IMG/VR virus record: IMGVR_UViG_3300032289_002239
Coordinates: 1 to 64,000 of that record
Length of the DNA stretch: 64,000 bases
Strand: one strand, 5' to 3'
Source of the DNA: a virus
Lineage: Duplodnaviria > Caudoviricetes
Numbering within the stretch: the stretch's first letter is position 1; every line of letters starts with the position of its first letter. The notes beneath the pieces are model-generated. The model was not told where the DNA came from. It saw nothing but the letters and a program-made list of their open reading frames with translations, and did not search any database. The position numbers and the translations under genes were made by a program. Positions 37,762 to 46,643 of this stretch are shown in pieces.

Positions 37762-38982
37762 TTACTTTTTACTATTATTTAGTTTTTTTCTCTTCTCTAA
37801 AAAGTTTTGGATTACCTTTGTTCCCGTCATCTTCATTACATAATTTAGATAAGCATCTGTTCCTACTTCTCTTTGTTCTGGTGGAACTCCAGAAACATCA
37901 GTCCATTCTCTAATGTCGGTAATCCAAGATTTAAACATTACATTTAAGTTTTCATTTACGCAAATAACATAATTTGGCCCTCTTCTTATGATTTTGCCAC
38001 TCAGACCAGTATTAAAGTTTTCAATAATATCACCCGTCCTATAAATTTTTTCTTGGTAATACGCTTCTTTAAGAATCTCATAATTTTCTTCTGGTGATAT
38101 CTTCCAGGACTCTTCTTTTTCTCCACTTAGAGCTTTTTGTACAGCAGAGAAGAGATTTTTTTGTTGTTTAGGATCTAACTTTTTTGAAATGCCTCTCTGG
38201 AAAGAGAAAAAATCATCTTCAGAGGCGGCTTTTCTCAAGGCTGCTGATGATGTTGGATTCGGGCTATTTTCTAAATCAGGATCTTCACTATCAAGTGGAA
38301 TTATTTTAATATCTTGTAAATCATAAATTTCCCCATTATATTGTTTTGATAGACGCTCAAATTCGGCTTTTCGTTTTGAACCAGTGACTAAATTAACTGC
38401 ATCATAACCATCAAGATCTGCTCTTTTTAGGACATCAAAAATAGTTTTCATATCATCATTGTTAATAATATTTTCATCAAATTGAGGATATGATTTTCTC
38501 ATATAAAAAATTTTTGTTTTGGGATCTAACGGATTAGCAAGATCTCCAGTCATTCTAGATGGATATATTTTTAAATCCCCCCCTTGGGCTATTTGTTTGG
38601 CTTTTCTTAATAACTTTTCATGTCCAATTGTTGGTGGATTAAATCTACCAAATACAGCCGTGAGGACATTAAAAACTTCCGGTTCTGGTGCGGCAGGTTG
38701 TTCCTCTGGCTGCGGTGCTTGCCTTTGCGGTGTAACTCTCTTTTGTAGGGGCTCATCTTGTCTCAGAGAAGGTCTTGTTGCTGGAGGAGCAGCTTGAGAC
38801 TTTTCGGCTGATGACGATTTCTTTTTTACAAATACCAAATCACCCTTTACTGTTTTTGCAACAACTCTATTTGCAGAGTCAACCCAGTATCCATGTCCAT
38901 CGCTTTTGAGGTTAAGCTGAGATGCTTTTTGGCTGGCTCTAGATGCTCTGGCTTCTAATATAAATTCAAGGTATTTTTTCAT
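37762..38982 (-). CDS. Cytidyltransferase-like (HIGH) nucleotidyltransferase
   Basis: FGRFNPPTIGHEKL, NPL, SSAALR. Confidence 0.8.
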   Translation of the reverse strand: MKKYLEFILEARASRASQKASQLNLKSDGHGYWVDSANRVVAKTVKGDLVFVKKKSSSAEKSQAAPPATRPSLRQDEPLQKRVTPQRQAPQPEEQPAAPEPEVFNVLTAVFGRFNPPTIGHEKLLRKAKQIAQGGDLKIYPSRMTGDLANPLDPKTKIFYMRKSYPQFDENIINNDDMKTIFDVLKRADLDGYDAVNLVTGSKRKAEFERLSKQYNGEIYDLQDIKIIPLDSEDPDLENSPNPTSSAALRKAASEDDFFSFQRGISKKLDPKQQKNLFSAVQKALSGEKEESWKISPEENYEILKEAYYQEKIYRTGDIIENFNTGLSGKIIRRGPNYVICVNENLNVMFKSWITDIREWTDVSGVPPEQREVGTDAYLNYVMKMTGTKVIQNFLEKRKKLNNSKK

Positions 38983-38992
38983 TTTTATTATA

Positions 38993-39574
38993 TTACCCGT
39001 TACGGGTTCTTACTCCTCTTGTTCCACCAGATCTTGCCTGATTTGTTCCCCCCGCCCCAGAAACAGCTTTATCAGTAAATCTATCTCCAACTAGTTCAGA
39101 TGTTCGAGTTCTTCCGCTATCTACACTTTGTCTGCCTCTTGATTCTGGAGAGGTTCCGGTTAAAATAGTAGCCGCTCTAGAATATTTTCCAGTATCTGTT
39201 CTTTGTATTCCTGCTGTTGTTCCAATAGTAGAAATTTGATCTCCAGGTTTTTGAACTCTTCTACCACCCCGTCCAGTTGGAGTTGGTGATAATCCTTTAC
39301 TTGTTTTTGGCCGCTGTGCTGATTCTGCAGATGCAGGACCTCTAAGACCTTTTATTTTTTTTGTAAGATGAAGAATGAGTTTTGGATTCGGAGATCGTTT
39401 AGATAATTCCTGTCTCAGTTGTCTATTAGATGTATTTATTAAATCTGTTGCAGAAATTTCAGCTTCAATTAAATAATTATAAAACTCATCACTAACGCTT
39501 TCTAGGATTTTTATGGCCTCAGATTGTGTATTACAATATTTTTCTTCAACAAGAAAATTGACTAACTTGCGCAT
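38993..39574 (-). CDS. Hypothetical, probable internal virion protein
   Basis: Acidic N-terminal module and basic tail; late promoter. Confidence 0.55.
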   Translation of the reverse strand: MRKLVNFLVEEKYCNTQSEAIKILESVSDEFYNYLIEAEISATDLINTSNRQLRQELSKRSPNPKLILHLTKKIKGLRGPASAESAQRPKTSKGLSPTPTGRGGRRVQKPGDQISTIGTTAGIQRTDTGKYSRAATILTGTSPESRGRQSVDSGRTRTSELVGDRFTDKAVSGAGGTNQARSGGTRGVRTRNG

Positions 39575-39604
39575 TTTACTAAATTTATTTTAGTTATTTA
39601 GTAA

Positions 39605-39630
39605 TAAAAAAGCGCCTAAAAGGCGCTTTG
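39605..39630. terminator. Bidirectional terminator
   Basis: AAAAAGCGCC-TAAAA-GGCGCTTT. Confidence 0.65.
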
Positions 39631-39633
39631 GTT

Positions 39634-40563
39634 TTATTCATTGGAGTGATATCGTTTAGGCCAGATCACCGTAAACTTATCGGTCAGGGTTCTTGCAAAC
39701 TTTTCTTTTAATTTGTCTATTTGGTAACTTTCTTTTATTGTTAGTTTACTCTTTTTCCATGGTGTGGCTTTTTGGTCACCTCTTTCGATAACATCATGTT
39801 CGGTATAATGAAACGGGCCATTATATTCTAAAATCTCGATTATATGGTCTTTATTTCCTCTAAATCCAGGCTCAAAAACAACCAGGTCATAAAGAACCCA
39901 TCTATCTTTTATATAATAACCCCACTCAAATAATTGATTCTCTTTATCAGAAAATGCACACTGGTCTAATGAGTACCCTCTTTCGTTTATATAGTTTCTT
40001 ATGAAGTCTCTGGCTTCTAGACTGTGATTAGTTATACAGAAAGTATTGTTTTTTATTCTAGTTCCGACAGATTTTTGTGCTATTTCTGGAATTTTCATGG
40101 CACAAGAAACGCCATATTTTTTTAGGTTTGATTGGAAAATTTTTTCCTTTACTATAGGCGATTGCGTTCCATATTCACAGCCATAATTTTTTAAAGACGT
40201 TTCAACCTTTTTTTGATGTATTTCTGGAGATTGTGATGGGTTTTCTACTCCATAGAGTTTTAGATTCGTTTGTTTTATTTTTTCTTTTACTTGTTCATTT
40301 TGAAATGGATTTTTACAACCATATTTTTCTAGATTAGTTTCACTCGCCTTTATTTTAGAGCATTTTTTACATCCAGAATAACCCCTAATATGGTCTTTTG
40401 GTATCTGATAAAACTCTCCGTGTAGTGGGCAAATTATTTTCACTTTTGTGGAAGTATTTACATATTGAACTTGAGAATAATCGTAAAATTCTCCTTTATC
40501 TTGACGCCTTTCCTTAAAACGCTGGATAACTTCTTCTGTAGTTAGTTTTTTGGTACTTGCCAT
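39634..40563 (-). CDS. Putative homing endonuclease (Zn-binding N-terminus, KYG repeats, PD-(D/E)xK-like C-terminus)
   Basis: YDYSQV.Y...KVKIICPLHGEF...H..G.SGC..C; T.LKKYG repeats; YDLV...ILEYNG..H; start moved to MASTKK. Confidence 0.7.
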   Translation of the reverse strand: MASTKKLTTEEVIQRFKERRQDKGEFYDYSQVQYVNTSTKVKIICPLHGEFYQIPKDHIRGYSGCKKCSKIKASETNLEKYGCKNPFQNEQVKEKIKQTNLKLYGVENPSQSPEIHQKKVETSLKNYGCEYGTQSPIVKEKIFQSNLKKYGVSCAMKIPEIAQKSVGTRIKNNTFCITNHSLEARDFIRNYINERGYSLDQCAFSDKENQLFEWGYYIKDRWVLYDLVVFEPGFRGNKDHIIEILEYNGPFHYTEHDVIERGDQKATPWKKSKLTIKESYQIDKLKEKFARTLTDKFTVIWPKRYHSNE

Positions 40564-40668
40564 GAATATTTTTGGTAACGGCATTTATATTTAGTCATTA
40601 AAAAGGGGAAGAAGAAATTCTTCCCCACCTACTGAGATTGCCGTCACCAAATAGGCACTACTATTTAG
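40564..40668 (-). ncRNA. Tandem late promoter / antisense sRNA cassette D
   Basis: CTAAATA 40662-68; stem GCCTAT/GTAGGT with TTGGTGACGGCA in the loop; GGGGAAGAA hairpin + T run; CTAAATA 40588-94; TGCCGTTACCAAA in the 5'UTR. Confidence 0.65.
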
Positions 40669-41087
40669 ACATCTCCTGGGCGACGGTTTTCAGAACGTTC
40701 GACGGAAAAGTGTCCTTCTGGATATCTTGCGGAAAGTTTCTCAAAATTACCCTGCATAAGATCCTCAAAATCTAGATCCATTGCAATACAAAATTGAGCC
40801 AAATACCAGCACTGATCATAACACTCACCAATAATCCTACTTTTTACCTCATTTGAGTACGGCTTATTTTGAAAAAGAACCTTTTTAATAAGATCCACTG
40901 TTTCTCCAAGCTCGCCAATCATCCCCAAAGCAAACGTAAGTAGATGAGTCAGCTTAACCCCCTCGCCCTCAAGTTCACGAATCCGATTAATAAGAACATC
41001 AACATCCGAACTAGCCGGGCTTGTTGTCTGCTTTACAAACTCAATATATTCAGTGCTGTTAATTTTTTGGTTAGTCATAATAATCAA
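40665..41087 (-). CDS. mazG: MazG-like nucleoside triphosphate pyrophosphohydrolase
   Basis: GELGE..DLIKK, E..D..WY, KL.ARYP. Confidence 0.8.
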   Translation of the reverse strand: MIIMTNQKINSTEYIEFVKQTTSPASSDVDVLINRIRELEGEGVKLTHLLTFALGMIGELGETVDLIKKVLFQNKPYSNEVKSRIIGECYDQCWYLAQFCIAMDLDFEDLMQGNFEKLSARYPEGHFSVERSENRRPGDV

Positions 41088-41515
41088 TTAAAGTTAATAG
41101 TTTTAAATTTAGATTTTAGATCAATAATTTCTGCTGGATCGCTAGTGGCTCCAATCAAGTCTTCTTGGGCCGCCTGCTCAACATTATACACTCTCATCTT
41201 GGATTTGTCAACTCCCACTGAGAATTTCCTGTAACGGTCCAAAGGCCCATAACGATTCTTTAGTTGTTTTATAATAATCTGATTCATCTGCTCTAGTTCC
41301 TCTGTCGAAATAAGGGCCAAAAGTAAATCAGCGGTAAAGGCGATGCCATAAGAATCCGAAACGTCTTCTAGAGATGATTCGGTTGTGGAGGACCCACTAT
41401 TATGGGTCAGAATATCATTGGCAAAAAAGAGATTATCGCCCGATACATTAATATCTATGGTCTCTCGTTCACCAATCTTTTTAATAGATACAATTTCATC
41501 TAAGCAAATTTGCAT
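41084..41515 (-). CDS. gp41: gp41 helicase C-terminal part fused to split intein IntC
   Basis: 39-aa IntC ending ANDILTHN|S, then SLEDVSDSYGIAFTAD...QLKNRYG. Confidence 0.92.
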   Translation of the reverse strand: MQICLDEIVSIKKIGERETIDINVSGDNLFFANDILTHNSGSSTTESSLEDVSDSYGIAFTADLLLALISTEELEQMNQIIIKQLKNRYGPLDRYRKFSVGVDKSKMRVYNVEQAAQEDLIGATSDPAEIIDLKSKFKTINFN

Positions 41516-42831
41516 TTTTCTTCCTCAGTAAGTTGCAAAGCATCAAACATTTTTTGTAAGTCCTCATTAATTTTCCAAGAGCGTAAAATCAAAACAGTGT
41601 ACCCCCGACTTTCCGCTAACCACTTTTTGTAAAAATCTTTATTATATTCATGTTTAGTTAAATCATCTTTCTTCACTCCAATAGTCGAATCGTAATCAAT
41701 ATCATCATGAAATCTAAAACCATTGTATTCTATAAGGACATTTAAATCTGGAATATAAAAATCATAAAAAAACATTTTAGGTATTTTATATACAGAATAT
41801 TCTTCTTGCGTTAAAAGGATCCCAAGTTCCTCTTCCTTGTATTTACATTCATGGCCCCTTAGAGTGAGAACCTGGTCTAGTTTATCAAAATAAACCAAAG
41901 ACTCTTTTGAAAACCTATTTATTTTTCGGTTTCGTTCATATTGTATTTTTGATATAATTTTAAATGCTACTTCTTCAGGAATATTATTTTTTTCATAATA
42001 TTCCATGCAAAGTGGATTATTTTCTTTACGTGAATTAATAAATTCATTGTACCTTAATGGGCCCTCCTCCTCACCATATCTTTCTATAAATGACTTTAAA
42101 GAAGTATTGTTCCATCTATCGCTAATAGCTATTTGTATTTCCTCAAATGAAAGACCTTGTTTTAATAATTTTTCAACAAAAGTATCCTTGTTTAATGATT
42201 TTGATTTTTTAGAATTAGCCTCTTTAAATTTTTGTAAACCGAGTTCCTCACCATACTTTAAAATTTTTCCTTCAAGAGTATTATTTTGTGCTATTGAATT
42301 TCTAAAATCATCATAATGCTTTTCCCAATCATCTCCGAATCTTTGTTTAAAGCCTCTTTTTGATGTGCTAAAATTAGTATTATCCCAATGATTTCTAAAA
42401 ACTTTAGGTCCTTCTATTTCACCATGTCTTTTAATACACATTTCTAAAGACATTGCTTTACTTCTATTATACTCTTTAAATTTTATCGGACCTTCTATTT
42501 CACCATATTTTTGTATGTTATTTTCTAAACTTTGAGCGCCCTTTTTGTTTTTTTCCTCAAATTTTTTAAGACCTTCAACATCACCATAACGAATTTTATT
42601 CGCTTCTAGAGAAGAAGAATCTTTACCACATTTTAATGAATCAATTGTTCTTTGATAGATATTATCCACATTTAATTCAATTTGTTTTGTCAATATTCTG
42701 AATTTATTGTGTAAATTCAGTTCCTCATTATTATGAGCCTTGACTAACTTTTCAATGTCCTCTAAATAATGGTCAAGAGAATCTAGGCCAGTTAATTTTT
42801 TTAATTTGTTTACCGCAAAATTGATTTCCAT
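41500..42831 (-). CDS. Vsr-like/DUF559-type homing endonuclease between the helicase halves
   Basis: Repeated (K/R)YGE.EG..KF motifs; C-terminal FYDFYIPDLNVLIEYNG..FH. Confidence 0.8.
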   Translation of the reverse strand: MEINFAVNKLKKLTGLDSLDHYLEDIEKLVKAHNNEELNLHNKFRILTKQIELNVDNIYQRTIDSLKCGKDSSSLEANKIRYGDVEGLKKFEEKNKKGAQSLENNIQKYGEIEGPIKFKEYNRSKAMSLEMCIKRHGEIEGPKVFRNHWDNTNFSTSKRGFKQRFGDDWEKHYDDFRNSIAQNNTLEGKILKYGEELGLQKFKEANSKKSKSLNKDTFVEKLLKQGLSFEEIQIAISDRWNNTSLKSFIERYGEEEGPLRYNEFINSRKENNPLCMEYYEKNNIPEEVAFKIISKIQYERNRKINRFSKESLVYFDKLDQVLTLRGHECKYKEEELGILLTQEEYSVYKIPKMFFYDFYIPDLNVLIEYNGFRFHDDIDYDSTIGVKKDDLTKHEYNKDFYKKWLAESRGYTVLILRSWKINEDLQKMFDALQLTEEEKCKFA

Positions 42832-42838
42832 TTTTGTA

Positions 42839-42888
42839 TTATCGGGTACTCAGTTATTTAGAAAAAAGTTAAGTTGAGTACCCGATAA
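42839..42888 (-). promoter_or_regulatory. 14-bp hairpin enclosing a late promoter (T4 I-TevI-type control)
   Basis: TTATCGGGTACTCA / TGAGTACCCGATAA with CTAAATA in the loop. Confidence 0.75.
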
Positions 42889-42890
42889 GA

Positions 42891-44210
42891 TCATTTAACA
42901 AACAACTTATCCCCAATGGTCAGTCCACTCAAGATGTTTTTCTCTCCTTCAGTAGTTGGGAATATGTGCCTGTCAGAGCAGACAATCTTCTTACCAGATT
43001 TAGTTGTAATTTCATAAACTTCTTGAGTCTCTATTGGATAAACTTCATTAACCGTAACGTACCCAGAATGAGATGCAATTTCATCTCCAATCTTAATATC
43101 CTTTATTTCAATTTGTTGGCCATCTCTTTTAGTTACTATAGTATCTAAACCGAGACAGCGATTAAATTGTACTGATGACAAAATAGGTATGTTATTTTCA
43201 ACACCCAACCCCCTAAGTTCTTCAGAAACGGACTTAACATAAGTATAAGAATTAGATGTACTTGTCTTGTACCTAGAAGAAGCACAAAGATTCAAGTAAT
43301 CAATAACAATAACATCTGGTTTAAAGTTTTTCTTCATTTCAAGTTCTTTTAAAAGTACCTTGAAATGATTTGAACTTGATGTTCCAGGTGGATACTCTTT
43401 AATGATTAATTTTCCTCTTGTCTTTTTACTCAGTTGAGAAGTCTTACTAAAAAATTGCTCTTTTGATAGGCCTTTAATATCCTGAACCTGAACGTCAAGA
43501 AGATTGGCATCAATTCTTTCTGCAATCTTTTCCTCCGCCATTTCAAGAGTAATGTATAAAACATTCTTTCCTTGAATAAGAGTCGAGGCCGAAAAGTGAC
43601 ACATAAACAAACTTTTACCAACCCCAGGCGGTGCAACAAAAAGGTTCAACGTCTTGGCCGATAAACCACCATCCGTAATTCGGTTCAAGTAATCAATATC
43701 GAATGCGATTTTAGATTCTTTCTTATGGTAGTATTCATAACGCTCTTCAGCATCCTCAATATAATCATGGCCAATATGAGTGTCAAAAGATATTGACAAG
43801 GCCTCTTCTAGGATCGATGGAATCGCGTCCCTTGTCTTTTTGGTATCGCCGCCATCAGCGATCTGAATAGATTCCATGAGAGCCAAATAAATGGCCCGGT
43901 CCTTACACCACTTCTCGGTTACCTGAGATAGCCATTGAAAATCAACCGGTTCATAATCAAGACAAGAAATTACAGATAAACATTCTTTAAAAGAATTTTC
44001 AGTTAAATCGCTTCTATTTTCAATTTCAATTTCTAGGGCTTCTTTGGTTGGTAGTTTATTGTAAGAAGAAAAGAAATCCTGAATCTCTTCAAAAACGATC
44101 TTCTGAGAATAATCCTGGAAATAATCAGATTTTAAATACGGAAGTATTTTTCTTATGTATTCGTCATTATATATTAAATTTTTTAGAATTAGAAGCTCAA
44201 TCTTATCCAT
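42891..44210 (-). CDS. gp41: gp41 helicase N-terminal part fused to split intein IntN
   Basis: APPGVGKS, ITLEMAE, VIDYLNL, then QFNR|CLGLDT...CSDRHIFPT (88-aa IntN, 42894-43157). Confidence 0.93.
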   Translation of the reverse strand: MDKIELLILKNLIYNDEYIRKILPYLKSDYFQDYSQKIVFEEIQDFFSSYNKLPTKEALEIEIENRSDLTENSFKECLSVISCLDYEPVDFQWLSQVTEKWCKDRAIYLALMESIQIADGGDTKKTRDAIPSILEEALSISFDTHIGHDYIEDAEERYEYYHKKESKIAFDIDYLNRITDGGLSAKTLNLFVAPPGVGKSLFMCHFSASTLIQGKNVLYITLEMAEEKIAERIDANLLDVQVQDIKGLSKEQFFSKTSQLSKKTRGKLIIKEYPPGTSSSNHFKVLLKELEMKKNFKPDVIVIDYLNLCASSRYKTSTSNSYTYVKSVSEELRGLGVENNIPILSSVQFNRCLGLDTIVTKRDGQQIEIKDIKIGDEIASHSGYVTVNEVYPIETQEVYEITTKSGKKIVCSDRHIFPTTEGEKNILSGLTIGDKLFVK

Positions 44211-44726
44211 TCACTTGTAGTGCAAATAACATGTCAAAACATATTTGTCATTACTGACAGGTATTTCTTCTTTATATGCAAAAGGCCATAAAGGAGGAAA
44301 AACTAAAAGGGATCCTTGTTTAGGTGAAACCCTAAAATCAGAGAAGGATGTTTCCCCGCCCTGTTCTACCGTGTTAAGGAAGAACTTAAAGGCGAGGAAT
44401 CTTCTTGCTGATTCGTGATCCCTGACCTCAACATGAGGTGGAACATAATCTTCATTGATTCTAAATTTTTGAATCTGAAATTTTTCAAAGTTATAATGTT
44501 CAGGAAAACACCGATCATCAATAAACTCATAATATTGCTTTTTATACTCAAAAACTTTTGAAATAATGTGATTATGAACTTTGTTTATTTCTTCAGAGTT
44601 TCTACTAGCATCAGTTAAATTTAATTGTAATTGCTGACTAGACTCAAGAACATTGATTAAGAATTCACAAACACTAGGATCCAGGGTCTCATCATAAACC
44701 TGAATTAAATCATTCAGTTTCGTCAT
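44211..44726 (-). CDS. 2OG-Fe(II) oxygenase-like protein (possibly degenerate)
   Basis: HVE, FLNTVEQGGET.F, LVFPPLW, KY; distal His appears replaced. Confidence 0.7.
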   Translation of the reverse strand: MTKLNDLIQVYDETLDPSVCEFLINVLESSQQLQLNLTDASRNSEEINKVHNHIISKVFEYKKQYYEFIDDRCFPEHYNFEKFQIQKFRINEDYVPPHVEVRDHESARRFLAFKFFLNTVEQGGETSFSDFRVSPKQGSLLVFPPLWPFAYKEEIPVSNDKYVLTCYLHYK

Positions 44727-45780
44727 CTTCTACTACTTCTTCAATTAAAGAGGATCCATATTTAAATTTCTTCTGGGCGTATTCGTCTAGTTTTTCAAGA
44801 AGTTCAGGAGTAAAGTATTCTTCTGGGTTAGCATAAATGACGTTTTTACCAATCTTTTTACCGTTGATCTCATAACGGTTGCCGACCCTAGGAATTATAC
44901 CAGATTCCTCTCCTACGTCCAAAAGTCCGTAGTATCGATCTAATCCGCGATGATCATAGTATAAGCGTACTGATACTTCTTGATTCTCTCTACTTAAACG
45001 AGACTTAAATGTTTTGGCCTTAATAATACTGCCAACGATTTCGGTTCCGTCTTTTTCTTTAGTTTTGGTTAATTCGACAATTGTAGAAGCCGAATATTGC
45101 ATTCCAGAACCAGAACTTTGAACAAATGCTGGACCATAACCCCCAACGTTTGCATAAATGTGATTGGTCACAATCATTGGAATGTTTGCCTTACCAAGTT
45201 TAAGTGTAAGCATTCTAAACGCCGCCTTTGTAAGTTGGGCTCTTGTCATATCACGTTTTTCTTCACCAGCAAGGGTATCGTTAATCTCCTTATTAGTCGA
45301 AAGCATCCCAAGAGAATCAAGAACAAACATACATGGCCTTCTTTCTTCCTCTGGCTTCTTCATATAAATGTCAACTGCCTTAAGAGCCTTAGTTCTAAAT
45401 TCTTCCACAGTAACCACGTTTAAAACTACTACCCTTGAAAGGTCAATTCCCTTTTCCGATAGCATTTTTCTAGTAACGGCAGCCTCCGTGTCAAAATAAA
45501 GACAATATCCTTCTGGATTCATTTCTAAGTAATTCTTGACTACAGCAAGAGAGAAGAAAGTTTTTCCCGATGCGTTCGCCCCAGAGAAGGTAGTAATTTT
45601 ATTACCAGAAACTCCCCCAAAAAGAGAACCGCTGACAAGGGCATTAAGCATAAATGACCCAGTATCTACATAAATTTCGTCTTCACTAATATCTTCGGCT
45701 AGTTGAGCATATTCCGAGCCTACTTCCTTAATGATATCCTTTAAAAAAGTTAATCCAAAATCAGTCATTTTATTCTCCAA
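44710..45780 (-). CDS. uvsX: RecA-like recombinase UvsX
   Basis: GANASGKT, YFDTE, VLDSLG, VTNH. Confidence 0.93.
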   Translation of the reverse strand: MENKMTDFGLTFLKDIIKEVGSEYAQLAEDISEDEIYVDTGSFMLNALVSGSLFGGVSGNKITTFSGANASGKTFFSLAVVKNYLEMNPEGYCLYFDTEAAVTRKMLSEKGIDLSRVVVLNVVTVEEFRTKALKAVDIYMKKPEEERRPCMFVLDSLGMLSTNKEINDTLAGEEKRDMTRAQLTKAAFRMLTLKLGKANIPMIVTNHIYANVGGYGPAFVQSSGSGMQYSASTIVELTKTKEKDGTEIVGSIIKAKTFKSRLSRENQEVSVRLYYDHRGLDRYYGLLDVGEESGIIPRVGNRYEINGKKIGKNVIYANPEEYFTPELLEKLDEYAQKKFKYGSSLIEEVVEDDETE

Positions 45781-45813
45781 TATACAAATTATTATGTTAA
45801 AAATTTTGTGTTG

Positions 45814-46608
45814 TCAATCTCTTTTAGGAAGAGCACGATATCCTTTATGAGATTTTATTCCTTTTTTATATTTAAGCATATTACATACGGTTGATTTATC
45901 CAAATTATTTTCCCTGCAAAACTTTGATATATTTTTTCCATGGATTATTTCACCTTCAGGATTAATAATTGAAAATTCTTTACTGTTTTTTTCTGCAACT
46001 TTATTTACAGTTTCAACATCTCTCTTCTTTCCATAATTAGGATGCTTTTCTCCTTTTCTTTGCTCACTCCACTTTTGTCTAGTCTCTATTGTATGTTTTT
46101 TACCTTTCATTCCTTCACTTTGTTTTCTTTTAGTTTCTTCAGAGCGTAGTTTTCCATAATTTGGATTATTTTTTCCTTTCATTCTTTCACTTTGTTTTCT
46201 TTTAAATTCTTCAGAGCGTGGTTTTCCCCTTCGAGATTCTGCCATTTTCATTCTAGTTTTTTCAGTCATAACATATGGAGGTTTACCTTTTAATACTTCA
46301 CTTTTTCTAATTACTGCTGAATTGTAAAGATAGGAATTATAATACTTGCCTTTTGACTTCATTAAAGTATGGGCATGAATCATTTTTATAGTTTTTATAT
46401 CATTTAACCCATACCTTTTAATATAAATTTTTTCTAATAATGCGTGTGCTATATAATGCTCTCTTCCGGTTAAAATAACAATTCTATTATTATTTCCAAA
46501 AATACTTTTTGGAAATGTATGATGTTTTTCTGTGTATCCTTCAGGAGGAGTTCTATTCTCTGCTTTCCTAATAAGATTACAATAATGCTTTAAATAATTC
46601 ATTTCCAA
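45814..46608 (-). CDS. HNH homing endonuclease with NUMOD3 repeats
   Basis: EKHHTFPKS...LTGREHYIAH; SEE.KRKQSE.MKG repeats. Confidence 0.85.
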   Translation of the reverse strand: MEMNYLKHYCNLIRKAENRTPPEGYTEKHHTFPKSIFGNNNRIVILTGREHYIAHALLEKIYIKRYGLNDIKTIKMIHAHTLMKSKGKYYNSYLYNSAVIRKSEVLKGKPPYVMTEKTRMKMAESRRGKPRSEEFKRKQSERMKGKNNPNYGKLRSEETKRKQSEGMKGKKHTIETRQKWSEQRKGEKHPNYGKKRDVETVNKVAEKNSKEFSIINPEGEIIHGKNISKFCRENNLDKSTVCNMLKYKKGIKSHKGYRALPKRD

Positions 46609-46643
46609 TTTAACTTATTCGCCATGCTATTTATAAAAATCTC

